A DNA stretch of 63,984 nucleotides, filler included, from Octopus bimaculoides (lineage: Eukaryota): NCBI RefSeq assembly GCF_001194135.2. It is 5 parts of 5 records of this genome, joined end to end, with 100 filler letters (N's around TTAATTAATTAA, not from the genome) between each part and the next. Parts side by side here need not be neighbours in the genome. Positions count along the whole stretch, not along the records: positions 1 to 27,451 come from NC_068981.1; 4 more parts are not named here. One strand, written 5' to 3'. Both the position numbers and the translations under genes were made by a program. The notes beneath the pieces are model-generated. The model was not told the origin of the DNA. It worked only from the letters and a program-made list of their open reading frames with translations, and searched no databases. Shown piece after piece: positions 1 through 11,015 of this stretch. Position 1 is the stretch's first letter; every line of letters starts with the position of its first letter.

Positions 1-87
<87 letters not shown>
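1..87. repeat. (TAA)n microsatellite
   Basis: Perfect taa repeat from the window start. Confidence 0.98.
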
Positions 88-90
<3 letters not shown>

Positions 91-1039
91 TAAATAGCAG
101 CTGTTCCCATGATGAGAGATTAGTTGTTAATTTTATATTAAAGATTTGAAAAATCACGAGAACTATCCAGTTAAATCTAAAATGTTATTTTATTTTTATA
201 CACTTTTAATGCATATATTGTTTTGTTTTGTTTTGTGTTGTTTTGTTTTGTGTTTCATGCTATTTCAAAACACTTTTCCCGTTTCCAACCACATTAAACG
301 ATGTCGTTATTGTTTTGCATTTTCCTGTTATTTTTCTTGCTCTTCTTTTTCTTGGTTATTTAGTTTTATTTCTGTTATTTTAACTATTTTTTTTTATTCC
401 TCTTACTTATTTGCTTTTACTTCATTATTGCTCCTCTCCTTCTCCTTCTTTTCTATTTTCATTCTATTTTTTATATTTTTAATTTTTTCTATATCTAATT
501 TTTTTTTTCATTTTTTATATTTTTCATCTTTATATCTAATTTTATTTTATTTTTCGCTATTTGGAACACTCGATACGCTGATTCTTGAAAACTCAATTCA
601 CGAAGGTGTTTACAACAATATTCTGCATGAAATAAATCTCTTGCAGACGGAACTATTTCGTTCATGTGATGCCTCTAGTGCAATTGGCTTTTATATTTAT
701 ATGTATTTTATTTTATTCTACTTTTTTTACTAACGTAATAGCATTATTTTTTAAAAAATGAAAAGGAAAAATGTTGCAAGCATCCCAAGAGCAAAATGTC
801 AGCTACGGGAGAGACGGAACAGCGACCTGGTTTCGATTTTCAGTCAACACAATTTTACATTATTTACACTGGTAATAAACTTCGAAAAGATATAATCGTC
901 TGTTCATAAATCATCTCCCGAATTACATATGTGGTATTGGTATCCAGGCTGAAAATAAATAAGGGAATAGATATATTTGATACATAAATCTTTGCCATGT
1001 AATATAATTCCAGTCACGTATGGGGTGTTTTACAGGAAT

Positions 1040-1190
1040 ATTTACTTTATTCCTGTATTTGACTGGTATTTAATTTTATCAACCCCAGAAGGATGAAAAC
1101 AAAGCCGACCTCGGCGGAAATTGAAGTCAGAATTTAAAGAGCTATGATTAAATATCGCAGCCATTTTGTATGACACGGTAACTATTCTCC
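1040..1190 (-). mobile_element. Degenerate SINE family A
   Basis: Reverse-complement remnant of the family A core (gaaggatgaaaacaaagccgacctcggcggaa). Confidence 0.7.
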
Positions 1191-1545
1191 GACATCCTGC
1201 AATAGGCAGACATAGTAGATAACTACTCTTTAATTTTCATATTGAAATCTTGGAACGATAGCATAAACATTTCATTTTTTTCTTATCGTTTAGTCTACAG
1301 GCAGGGGCCCTTACTTTTTACATGGCCTCCGAGATAAATGAGACGGCATGGGGAATATCCTCATATTAAAGACTTGGTTTGCATGGTTGGTATCAGAATG
1401 GAATCTGCTAAAGGCACTCAGGGGCAAGCTGCTGGTGTTAAGTCGCATGATGGATTAAGTCAACTACCCATATAGGCCACGTTGTCATTTGAACTGAGAG
1501 ATCTAACGACGGGAACAAATACGTAGATTATCCCGAGCGATACTG

Positions 1546-1600
1546 TAGTGCTTCTCAAAGTGGACATTACGTCCTCTGAGGGGCGCTGGAAAATTATATA
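1546..1600 (+). mobile_element. Possible hAT-type MITE 5' end
   Basis: tagtgcttctcaaagtgg...ggggcgctgg resembles the CAGTGGTTCTCAAAGTG hAT terminus; no partner end found. Confidence 0.3.
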
Positions 1601-1727
1601 AAGGTACTGAGAACAAGAGCTTAGTAGGTTGGGTGGAGCAATAGAGTGATCTAAGTTACTAAAATATTTTCAATTTGTATTGTGTGAACTATCTGGTGAT
1701 ATTAGGGGGTGAAGAAAAAAGACAGCA

Positions 1728-1866
1728 GGCTGGCAAAATCTTTAACACGCTGGACAAAGTGTTTAGCGACATTACCTTTTTTTTTTTTTTACTTAACGTT
1801 TAGATTTCAAATTCCGCCGAGGTTGATTTTGCTCTTCATCCTATATTGGCCAATAAAACAAGAACC
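1728..1866 (+). mobile_element. Degenerate SINE family A
   Basis: gctggcaaaatc head and ttcaaattccgccgaggttgattttgc B-box/core. Confidence 0.7.
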
Positions 1867-2475
1867 ATAGTTTAAATAATTGTTATATTGAGGAAAAGAC
1901 TAATGTGCGAGTAGGTCCTTCAATAGCAATCAGTTTTTTGTGTGACGTATGTATGTATGTATGTATGTGTGCGCGTACATGTATGTATATGTATATATAC
2001 NNNNNNNNNNNNNNNNNNNNNNNNNNNNNNNNNNNNNNNNNNNNNNNNNNNNNNNNNNNNNNNNNNNNNNNNNNNNNNNNNNNNNNNNNNNNNNNNNNNN
2101 NNNNNNNNNNNNNNNNNNNNNNNNNNNNNNNNNNNNNNNNNNNNNNNNNNNNNNNNNNNNNNNNNNNNNNNNNNNNNNNNNNNNNNNNNNNNNNNNNNNN
2201 NNNNNNNNNNNNNNNNNNNNNNNNNNNNNNNNNNNNNNNNNNNNNNNNNNNNNNNNNNNNNNNNNNNNNNNNNNNNNNNNNNNNNNNNNNNNNNNNNNNN
2301 NNNNNNNNNNNNNNNNNNNNNNNNNNNNNNNNNNNNNNNNNNNNNNNNNNNNNNNNNNNNNNNNNNNNNNNNNNNNNNNNNNNNNNNNNNNNNNNNNNNN
2401 NNNNNNNNNNNNNNNNNNNNNNNNNNNNNNNNNNNNNNNNNNNNNNNNNNNNNNNNNNNNNNNNNNNNNNNNNNN

Positions 2476-2507
<32 letters not shown>

Positions 2508-2581
2508 GAATAGCGCAAATCGGCTATATAAAGCGACAGTGCGCTAAATAATTCGTTTTCTCTCCCTTACTCTCCAGATGT

Positions 2582-2826
2582 AAAGGCGTGTGTCCTAATG
2601 GTTTAGGTTTTGCACTAACGATCGAAAGATCGTTGTTTCGATTCCCGGACCTGACTCTGGGTTGTTGTGCTCGTAGACAAAACATTTAATTTTATTCTGT
2701 TCCAGTTCACTATAAATGAGTCACATTGTGACGGACTGGCGTCCTGTCCAGCAGGAATCTTATGATCTCGGTTACTTATAAGCCATGGAAACCGGCTAAC
2801 CGGTCTTGTGAGTTCTAGGATTCGTT
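2582..2826 (+). mobile_element. Degenerate tRNA-headed SINE family D
   Basis: A-box-like cctaatggtttagg, B-box-like tttcgattccc, central gttccagttcac and tail gactggcgtcctgtccag. Confidence 0.65.
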
Positions 2827-3011
2827 AACGACCAGACAAAAGACATATACAGTTGATTAGAGATTGTGACGGGTACCAGTGACGAGAAGAAGTGCTTGGA
2901 ATGAAGCTAAGGAATTTTTGTGATTGACCATCTCGTTATGTTGGTAGTCCATCGGTGTCCGATAATGACAAAGTCTGTGTTCTCAGCGATGAGAGTGCAT
3001 GTGACTCTGTA

Positions 3012-3131
3012 GAAGAAGAAGAAGAAGAAGAAGAAGAAGAAGAAGAAGAAGAAGAAGAAGAAGAAGAAGAAGAAGAAGAAGAAGAAGAAGAAGAAGAAGA
3101 AGAAGAAGAAGAAGAAGAAGAAGAAGAAGAA
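3012..3131. repeat. (GAA)n microsatellite, about 40 units
   Basis: Perfect gaa repeat; source of the poly-E and poly-F ORFs. Confidence 0.98.
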
Positions 3132-3654
3132 GACAGTCACAATGATTTCGATGAACATTAAGATGCTTAATTTATTCATGCAATAAAAATAAGTCGGTCG
3201 CGACAGATGTATACAGTAACACAAGTATAGTTATGTGTCACAAACAACGGAATTCAAATGTTCGGCAATACAGCAATTCGACAATTCAATACATGACAAA
3301 AACAGCAGCAATTAAATAACGAAATGAGAAAATTATGTAAAGTCATACAAGTTCATCTTTGAAAAACATAGAAGACTTCTTAAGAATACAATTTTTAAAT
3401 AGCGTCAAAGTTCACGAATTCACACAAAAGTCTGTGAAGAAATTACAGTAATAAACTATATTTTAAACAATAATTTAATCCTCTTATCACAATGTGTGTT
3501 TTCAGTGTGAACAGCTGACTATGTACGTGAAGGTACGTTCATTTCACTATGTGCATGTATTGGAAAACACATTATTATGTGTGTGTGGTGATATCATGAA
3601 TATGTGTGTGTGTGTGTGTGGTGATATCATGAATGCGTCTTCTTTTGTCTTTTA

Positions 3655-3860
3655 TCTTTTACTTGTTTCAGTCATTGGAATGCGGTCATGCTGGGGCACT
3701 ACTTGAAGGGTTTGTGTCGAACAAATGAGCTCTAGTAATAATTGCTTTTATGTCACGTCTGGTATCATATCAGTCACTTTTACTGTACCGTTAAGTTACA
3801 GGGACGTAAACAAACCAACACAGCTTGTGAAACGATAAGGTGAAGGATAAACACAGGCAC
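3655..3860 (-). mobile_element. SINE family B 3' tail fragment
   Basis: cttgtttcagtcattggaatgcggtcatgctggggcac matches the reverse-complement tail of full copies at 26018 and 17236. Confidence 0.7.
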
Positions 3861-3925
3861 CAAAATGCTCACACACATAATACATGCATACATACATACA
3901 TACATACATAAACACATACACACAT

Positions 3926-4003
3926 AAAACCCTAACCACTAGGCCGTGTGCAAAACCCTAACCACTAGGCCGTGTGCAAAACCCTAACCACTAGGCCGTG
4001 TGC
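3926..4003 (-). repeat. 3 x 26-bp tandem repeat of a SINE A-box head
   Basis: Three exact copies of aaaaccctaaccactaggccgtgtgc; reverse complement contains ggcctagtggttagg, the A-box of family D heads. Confidence 0.9.
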
Positions 4004-4814
4004 GTTCACAGAAGCAATAGGAATTTTCAAACATTTTTCAGCAAAATTTTGTGTCGACGGCGATGACGTAACAAAAACAGCTGTAACACACGTAAACGGA
4101 CATAACCACTCTCCTGGTCTACAGCCTAGTTAGAAAATCCTTTCAAGATAGACTTTGACCGTTCATTCTTTCGTGATGCGCGACATAACTATTAGTTGTG
4201 AACTGAGTCGATTCAGTTATATTAACGACGAAAGTGGATTTGTGACAGAAAATGGAACCTTGTTCGAAGCTTTCTCTCACCTGGAGTTTAATTCTTAGTG
4301 TGCTATATTCATTGAGAAAATAAACACAGCGCTACTTTCTGGTATTACTATAGGAACAGCGACTAAATCAATCCAGTACATAACTGTTCGTGATTTTGTC
4401 CATCACATGTGTGCGCATGTGAATGTAATTTTCATTCCACTTCTTTTTTTCTTCGTTCCATTTTTTTACTTCCTTTCATGCCTTTCTTCCTTCTTTCTTT
4501 CTTCCTCCCTTCCTTCCTTTATTTATTTATTTATTTTGATCTAAGAAAAAGATTTCAGTACTTTGCTCTGAAGTAGTATGGTGCCATTAGTTAAATACGA
4601 ACAGACGACACTCGAAAAACAAAACAAAAGCAAAAACAAAATGGTAGAACAGAAACTTTATCAATTCGGTCTTTACAATCTCGTTCTCAGACACAATGTA
4701 TAAACCAGTCGAATTGTTACGAGAGTCCTAGAGTAGAAGGTAAACACTCTGGGCAAACTGAAATCGAAAGTCGCTTTCGGATCTCGACATAAAAAAAAAA
4801 GTGCTTGAACGTTA

Positions 4815-5014
4815 TAGTATTCTTTAACTGTCTCCCTTATCGAAAGCCGGTCTGGATTCTCGACTGAAGCGACCATCTTAATTTCTTTAAAAAGAAATAA
4901 AAAGACATGAATACCACAGCATTATATAATTGTCTTCTCTTTATGAAAAGTAGATTTTGGTTCTCGACTGAATCTGCCATCGTAATTCATTTAAAAAGAA
5001 ATAAAATGGCATGA
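4815..5014 (-). repeat. Two diverged tandem copies of a ~100-bp pyrimidine-tract plus ATG segment
   Basis: Shared ttctcgactgaa...catc..aatt..tttaaaaagaaataaaa...catga at about 4815-4910 and 4921-5014. Confidence 0.8.
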
Positions 5015-5596
5015 CCATCACATCCTTTCATTGTTTCCCTATTATATTTTTACGATTTCATACTGAAGTCAAAAGTTAGTATTGAATTCTCAACTAACAA
5101 AAATGAGTAAACATATAAATAAGTAAATAAATTTTTTAAAATAAATGTCTTTGAAATAAATGAAAATGATTTGTCGAACCTACTTGGCAGGTTTGGTTTC
5201 TTTCGTTTTGGCACATTATTCTGCAGTAATTCGAAATTTCTGTGTTGCTGAATTAAAATCTATTATAGTATTTGAAAATTGATTTTTCTCTTTAGCTCGA
5301 AGCTATTACTATTTTTACAACAAATCATACTGTCTTAGTTTAATCACATGCGTCTTTGTTTTAAACGGATTTGCACTGTTGCGCATTTTTGTTATTTTTC
5401 TATAAAAAAAAACTGTGCATCGTCGTCGTCGTCATCATCATCAGCAGCACTATCATCATCATCATCATTATCGTTGTCGTCGCCACCAACACTAACACCA
5501 CCAACAGGAACAATATCACTACCACCAGCACCACCAACACTACCAGCACCACTATCATCATCATCATCATCGTCAACATCAATGTTATTATAACTA

Positions 5597-5884
5597 GGCG
5601 CAGGCATGGCTGTGTAGTTAAGAAGCTAGCATTGCAACCGCGTAGTTTCGGGTTCAACCCCACTACGCGGCACCTTGGGCAAGTGTCTTCTACTACAGCC
5701 TTGGGCCAACCAAATCCTTGTGAATGAATTCGGTGAATGGAAACTGTGTGGAAGTCCGTCGTGTATATGTGTGTGCGTATATGTCTGTGTGTCTTTGTGT
5801 TTACTTTTGTTCCACCACCACCGCTTAACAAACGGTTTTGGTTTGTTTGCGTTCCCATAACTTAAAAATTTGGCAATAGAGACA
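5597..5884 (+). mobile_element. SINE family B
   Basis: ggcgcaggcatggctgtgtagt head, ggttcaacccc B-box, caccttgggcaagtgtcttctac core. Confidence 0.9.
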
Positions 5885-5885
5885 A

Positions 5886-6665
5886 GTGCCAGAGGAGTGA
5901 GGTGCGATCATTTTCAAGCACTGGAGGTGGTTTGTGTTCCCACCAGTTTTTATCATGGGACTGGTCCAGGTTTTTGCAAATTACCCAGTGTATATATTGT
6001 GCTGCTCTATCATGCCTGTTGAGATACCCTGTATGTGCAAAAAGACTGCACATGGAGACAACATGATCAACGGTTTCATTTTGTTGTTTACATACACGAC
6101 ATGTTGGGTTACTGCCGTTCTTTAATATGTTGGCCTGCTAGTTCCTTGTCGGTAGGCATTGATTTTGGGCTGCTATGGTAAACTCTTCTGTTTCTGATTT
6201 TGAACCAGAAAACACTAACCATTGATAGGTAAGGGCTTTGTCAACATCGGTACTATTAACTCTCTTTGGATATTTGCCATTGAAGAAGCTTTTCTAATCA
6301 TTTATCAGTGAGAATATCTTAGGCAGCAGTTTTAGTACGGGTTTTCATACGCTTAGCTCTTTCTGTGCTCGTTTCTTGTACGTCTAATTCTGGAATTTGT
6401 TGTATTTGGAATTCACTGAGATATTCCTTTGCCTGTTTTGTTACTGAGTCAGATGCTTTCTTGCTTTCATGCTTTTAGACAAGTTTTAATATACAGCCAT
6501 CAGAGTTTTTCAGGTAGGTGTCTTTGCTAATTGTGGCAATCTTCATTGTTAATTCCAGTTGTAAAAGTTCACGGCCACCCTTTTTTCTTGGCAGGTAAAG
6601 TCGTTCTATATCTGCGTTAGGGTGGTGCATTCTGTGCATTGTCAACAATTTTCGTATTTTTCTGG
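5886..6665 (-). mobile_element. R4/Dong-clade RLE non-LTR retrotransposon relic (post-RT region and CCHC knuckle)
   Basis: Minus-strand translation RKLLTMHRMHHPNADIERLYLPRKKGGR, then CRVC...ETVDHVVSMC...RHDRAAQYIHW...NWWEHKPPPVLEND; several stops. Confidence 0.88.
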
Positions 6666-6900
6666 TTGATTCTGTGAGAGCGGACAGCAGCCTGTTGTCA
6701 GAGGTCCCACAAGGTCTCTTACCGCTGTGTGAGAGAACAATGCATGCCATCAAAGTGACACTGAGGTACAAATATACGAAGCCCAATATACCCATCGTGA
6801 CTACCAGTCTGATAAAGATACACCAGGTACATGCATCACAACCATATGTGTGCGACATGGTGATCTCATATCTAGATAAACAGTGCATGACCTTGCAGGT
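6660..6900 (-). mobile_element. 3' UTR of a Dong-like element (type 2) fused to the RT relic
   Basis: gagaccttgtgggacctctgacaacaggctgctgtccgctctcacagaatc matches the 3' UTRs at 42300-42390 and 45860-45960. Confidence 0.75.
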
Positions 6901-6904
6901 GGGG

Positions 6905-7280
6905 CCTAGTTAGAATTTTCTTCAGGTTGAGTAGGCCATCCCGCTCAAAAGGTTTCTGAATGAGGGTTGTTTTAGTATGATGAACAAAACACCCATGTTT
7001 CCAGATGTGAACTATTCAAACACCAAACAATTCCTTTCAACGCATAGTTACGATGCTCCCACACTACTTCTGCTCGGAATCAAAGATGCACATATCGTCA
7101 GCCACCAAGGGACATGCACAACTGGTTAAAGTCAAACATCTGACAGGTAAATCTGTGGTATTGAGCAGAATATTTGCTGTAGCTCATCTTTTATACCAAG
7201 ACAAAACATGTACATGATAACGCTTCCAATCAGTTAAGAGCAGAATCCATGAAAACCACTGCCTCATACTGCATCAGGGC
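6905..7280 (+). mobile_element. 3' end of an unassigned retroposon with an (ATT)n tail
   Basis: Non-coding block ending ...catactgcatcagggca directly followed by a long (att)n tail; family not assignable. Confidence 0.5.
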
Positions 7281-7281
7281 A

Positions 7282-7346
<65 letters not shown>

Positions 7347-7361
7347 CATTATTATTATTAC

Positions 7362-7397
<36 letters not shown>

Positions 7398-7609
7398 CAT
7401 TATTATTATTACTATTATTATTATTATTATTATTATTATNNNNNNNNNNNNNNNNNNNNNNNNNNNNNNNNNNNNNNNNNNNNNNNNNNNNNNNNNNNNN
7501 NNNNNNNNNNNNNNNNNNNNNNNNNNNNNNNNNNNNNNNNNNNNNNNNNNNNNNNNNNNNNNNNNNNNNNNNNNNNNNNNNNNNNNNNNNNNCATACTGC
7601 ATCAGGGCA

Positions 7610-7674
<65 letters not shown>

Positions 7675-7689
7675 CATTATTATTATTAC

Positions 7690-7739
<50 letters not shown>
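7281..7739. repeat. (TTA)n microsatellite interrupted by an N gap
   Basis: Direct observation. Confidence 0.95.
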
Positions 7740-7741
<2 letters not shown>

Positions 7742-7743
7742 AA

Positions 7744-8208
7744 GGCGGCAAGCTGGCAGAATCGTTAGCACGACAGGCGAAATGCTTAGCGGTATTTCAT
7801 CTGTGCTACGTTCTGAGTTCAAATTCTGCCAAGGTCAACTTTGCCTTTCATCATTTCGGGGTCGATAAATTAAGTACCAGTGAAACACTGGGATCGATGT
7901 AATCAACTAATCCCTTTCCACCAAATTTCAGGCCTTGTGCTTCCAGTAGAAAAGATTATTATAATTATCAACATTATTATTATTAAGGCGGCAAACTGGG
8001 AGACTTGTTAGCATGCCGGGTAAAACGCCTAGTGGCATTTTGTCTGTCATTACATTCTGAGTTCTAATTCCGCCGAGGTTGACTTTAACTTTAACTTTCG
8101 TCCTCTCGGGGTCGGTAAACTAAGTACCTATTGAGCACTGGATTCGATGTAATTGACTTGTTCCTAACCCCCGAATTTACTGGACTCATGCCAAAATTTT
8201 AAACCATA
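7744..8208 (+). mobile_element. Two head-to-tail SINE family A copies (7744-7957, 7987-8208)
   Basis: ggcggcaagctggcagaatcgttagc head, gagttcaaatt B-box, ggggtcgataaattaagtaccag core; two different 3' tails. Confidence 0.92.
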
Positions 8209-8458
8209 ATTGATTTTTTTTTTCCGGAGTACACACCTAACGTTCATATTTCTCCGAGTTATCTTCCTTGTTATACTCCAGCCACATTTTCAGTGATTAC
8301 AGAAACCTCTATAGCATTCCGATCATTCTCGATTTAGTTTGTGATATAACAATGTTTGCACAACATCTGGTGATGGGAAATTCAATACGGCTCATTCTGA
8401 AAGTTAATTGATAGCAACCATCGAGTAGCGCTCTACGCTTTACTCCCTCTCTCCCCTA

Positions 8459-8465
<7 letters not shown>

Positions 8466-8540
<75 letters not shown>

Positions 8541-8545
8541 TCTCT
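8466..8545. repeat. (CT)n microsatellite
   Basis: Direct observation. Confidence 0.97.
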
Positions 8546-8877
8546 CAATTCATGTTCTGTTTTTGCCTGAAAGCTAATACAACGTTGGAAGCCTAATTAA
8601 TTGATGTATAAATCCCGAGATAGCGTCTCTGACAAACGTAGTGTATTAAAAAAATCACAGAAATATATTGCTACTTGTATATTTCTGTATCTTTTAACAC
8701 TGTACGTCTATAAGAGATGGTACCTCCGGACGTATACCGCAGTTAATTCGGCTTTCAACGATGTATCTGCTTTACGTATGATATGCATAATGCTAATTTA
8801 AACTAATACTGTTTCTGGCGCATATAAAAAAAATTTTTGTTCTTATCGCATACTAGAATTCAAATTGTCTATCTCTA

Positions 8878-9015
8878 ATTTACATTATTTACATTTGTCC
8901 TCATCTTGTTTGTTATTAACACAACGTTTCGGCTGATATACCCTCCAGCCTTCATCAGGTGTCTTGGGGAAATTTCGAACCTGGGTTCTCATTTCTAAGG
9001 TATTTTTCGATGTTA

Positions 9016-9075
<60 letters not shown>

Positions 9076-9130
9076 TTACTGCCTAGAATTGAACTCGGAA
9101 TCTTGGGGTTAGTACCCTGCGCTCTTAACC
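8878..9130 (-). mobile_element. tRNA-headed SINE-like element: tRNA head, (TAA)n, hammerhead-containing tail
   Basis: Minus strand ggttaagagcgcagggtactaaccccaagattccgagttcaattct (D-arm, anticodon-like stem, B-box), then (taa)n, then a tail with CTGATGA...GAAAC; the 5' end runs into an N gap. Confidence 0.8.
8918..8963 (-). ncRNA. Minimal type I hammerhead ribozyme (palindromic stem III)
   Basis: GACAC-CUGAUGA-A-GGCUG[gagggtatat]CAGCC-GAAAC-GU-U/GUGUU: stem I 5 bp, stem II 5 bp, ACGU stem III, GUU triplet; one extra A after A9. Confidence 0.72.
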
Positions 9131-9693
9131 NNNNNNNNNNNNNNNNNNNNNNNNNNNNNNNNNNNNNNNNNNNNNNNNNNNNNNNNNNNNNNNNNNNNNN
9201 NNNNNNNNNNNNNNNNNNNNNNNNNNNNNNNNNNNNNNNNNNNNNNNNNNNNNNNNNNNNNNNNNNNNNNNNNNNNNNNNNNNNNNNNNNNNNNNNNNNN
9301 NNNNNNNNNNNNNNNNNNNNNNNNNNNNNNNNNNNNNNNNNNNNNNNNNNNNNNNNNNNNNNNNNNNNNNNNNNNNNNNNNNNNNNNNNNNNNNNNNNNN
9401 NNNNNNNNNNNNNNNNNNNNNNNNNNNNNNNNNNNNNNNNNNNNNNNNNNNNNNNNNNNNNNNNNNNNNNNNNNNNNNNNNNNNNNNNNNNNNNNNNNNN
9501 NNNNNNNNNNNNNNNNNNNNNNNNNNNNNNNNNNNNNNNNNNNNNNNNNNNNNNNNNNNNNNNNNNNNNNNNNNNNNNNNNNNNAAAAGAAGAGTGTCAT
9601 TTGCTATCTCGTGAACAATATTTCGACATCTTGCGTGTCTTCCACTGGTTCAAAAAATAAATTTGTCAATCTACTTCATTTTGGTTAATATAG

Positions 9694-10276
9694 AAAATTA
9701 TCAATAATTAATAATATCAAGGATAATTAGAAATATTTTACACGCTAGGCCACTGGTAGTAGAAATTTCTAATATTTCTAATTATCCTTGATATTATAAA
9801 TTATTGATAATTTTTTCTGGATAATTTTTGAATTGAAAAGCCGGCTTTTTATATTCACTGCCGACAAGGAGCTGCGCTTGCGCGGTAGATTTGAAAAATT
9901 AGAATGTATAAGAATGGGGCATATACTGGATTGCCTCGTGTATATATGTTTAATCTGGGTGTGTCTGCTGAAGAAGACGTCGCCAAGCAAATTATTTTAT
10001 TTGCTAAAATAAGTCAGAAACCATTGGTCCAGGAGCTAGATGGTAAATGTTTTTATTTTTCATTTCATTTCTTTCGAAATTTGATCCCTAATAGTGGTTT
10101 GGAACTTAGCTGTTCTTTCTAGCGTGAGGGAATCTTATGATGGATACCTCTTATATGTTTAAATGTACACTGTATTTATATGAATAATATATAGTCTATG
10201 GACTAAATTTTTACACGCTAGGCCACTGGTAGAAGAAATTTCTAATATTTCTAATTACCCTTGATATTATTAATTA
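9694..10276. repeat. 44-bp inverted repeat hairpin plus ~68-bp direct repeat enclosing ~400 bp
   Basis: 9694-9737 is the reverse complement of 9771-9814 (1 mismatch); ttttacacgctaggccactggtag...ccttgatattat occurs at about 9736-9803 and 10209-10276. Confidence 0.88.
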
Positions 10277-10975
10277 TATATACTCTTTACTCTTTTACTC
10301 TTTTACTTGTTNNNNNNNNNNNNNNNNNNNNNNNNNNNNNNNNNNNNNNNNNNNNNNNNNNNNNNNNNNNNNNNNNNNNNNNNNNNNNNNNNNNNNNNNN
10401 NNNNNNNNNNNNNNNNNNNNNNNNNNNNNNNNNNNNNNNNNNNNNNNNNNNNNNNNNNNNNNNNNNNNNNNNNNNNNNNNNNNNNNNNNNNNNNNNNNNN
10501 NNNNNNNNNNNNNNNNNNNNNNNNNNNNNNNNNNNNNNNNNNNNNNNNNNNNNNNNNNNNNNNNNNNNNNNNNNNNNNNNNNNNNNNNNNNNNNNNNNNN
10601 NNNNNNNNNNNNNNNNNNNNNNNNNNNNNNNNNNNNNNNNNNNNNNNNNNNNNNNNNNNNNNNNNNNNNNNNNNNNNNNNNNNNNNNNNNNNNNNNNNNN
10701 NNNNNNNNNNNNNNNNNNNNNNNNNNNNNNNNNNNNNNNNNNNNNNNNNNNNNNNNNNNNNNNNNNNNNNNNNNNNNNNNNNNNNNNNNNNNNNNNNNNN
10801 NNNNNNNNNNNNNNNNNNNNNNNNNNNNNNNNNNNNNNNNNNNNNNNNNNNNNNNNNNNNNNNNNNNNNNNNNNNNNNNNNNNNNNNNNNNNNNNNNNNN
10901 NNNNNNNNNNNNNNNNNNNNNNNNNNNNNNNNNNNNNNNNNNNNNNNNNNNNNNNNNNNNNNNNNNNNNNNNNNN

Positions 10976-11015
<40 letters not shown>

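Noticed and set aside
146-733. 195-aa hydrophobic ORF
   Set aside because: F/L/I/S-rich translation of T-rich low-complexity DNA; starts at TTG; no domain.
2955-3161. Acidic poly-Glu ORF
   Set aside because: Driven by (GAA)n, GTG start, an in-frame stop 30 nt upstream, and no convincing splice sites.
3926-4003. Short tandem repeats as CRISPR arrays (also 25937)
   Set aside because: No spacers, eukaryotic context, no cas genes.
5597-5670. SINE heads as tRNA genes
   Set aside because: They have A/B-box similarity but no complete cloverleaf and continue into SINE cores; these are tRNA-derived repeats.
7264-7620. Direct repeat catactgcatcagggcaattatt on both sides of an N gap
   Set aside because: Most likely the same locus assembled twice at overlapping contig ends next to a microsatellite.
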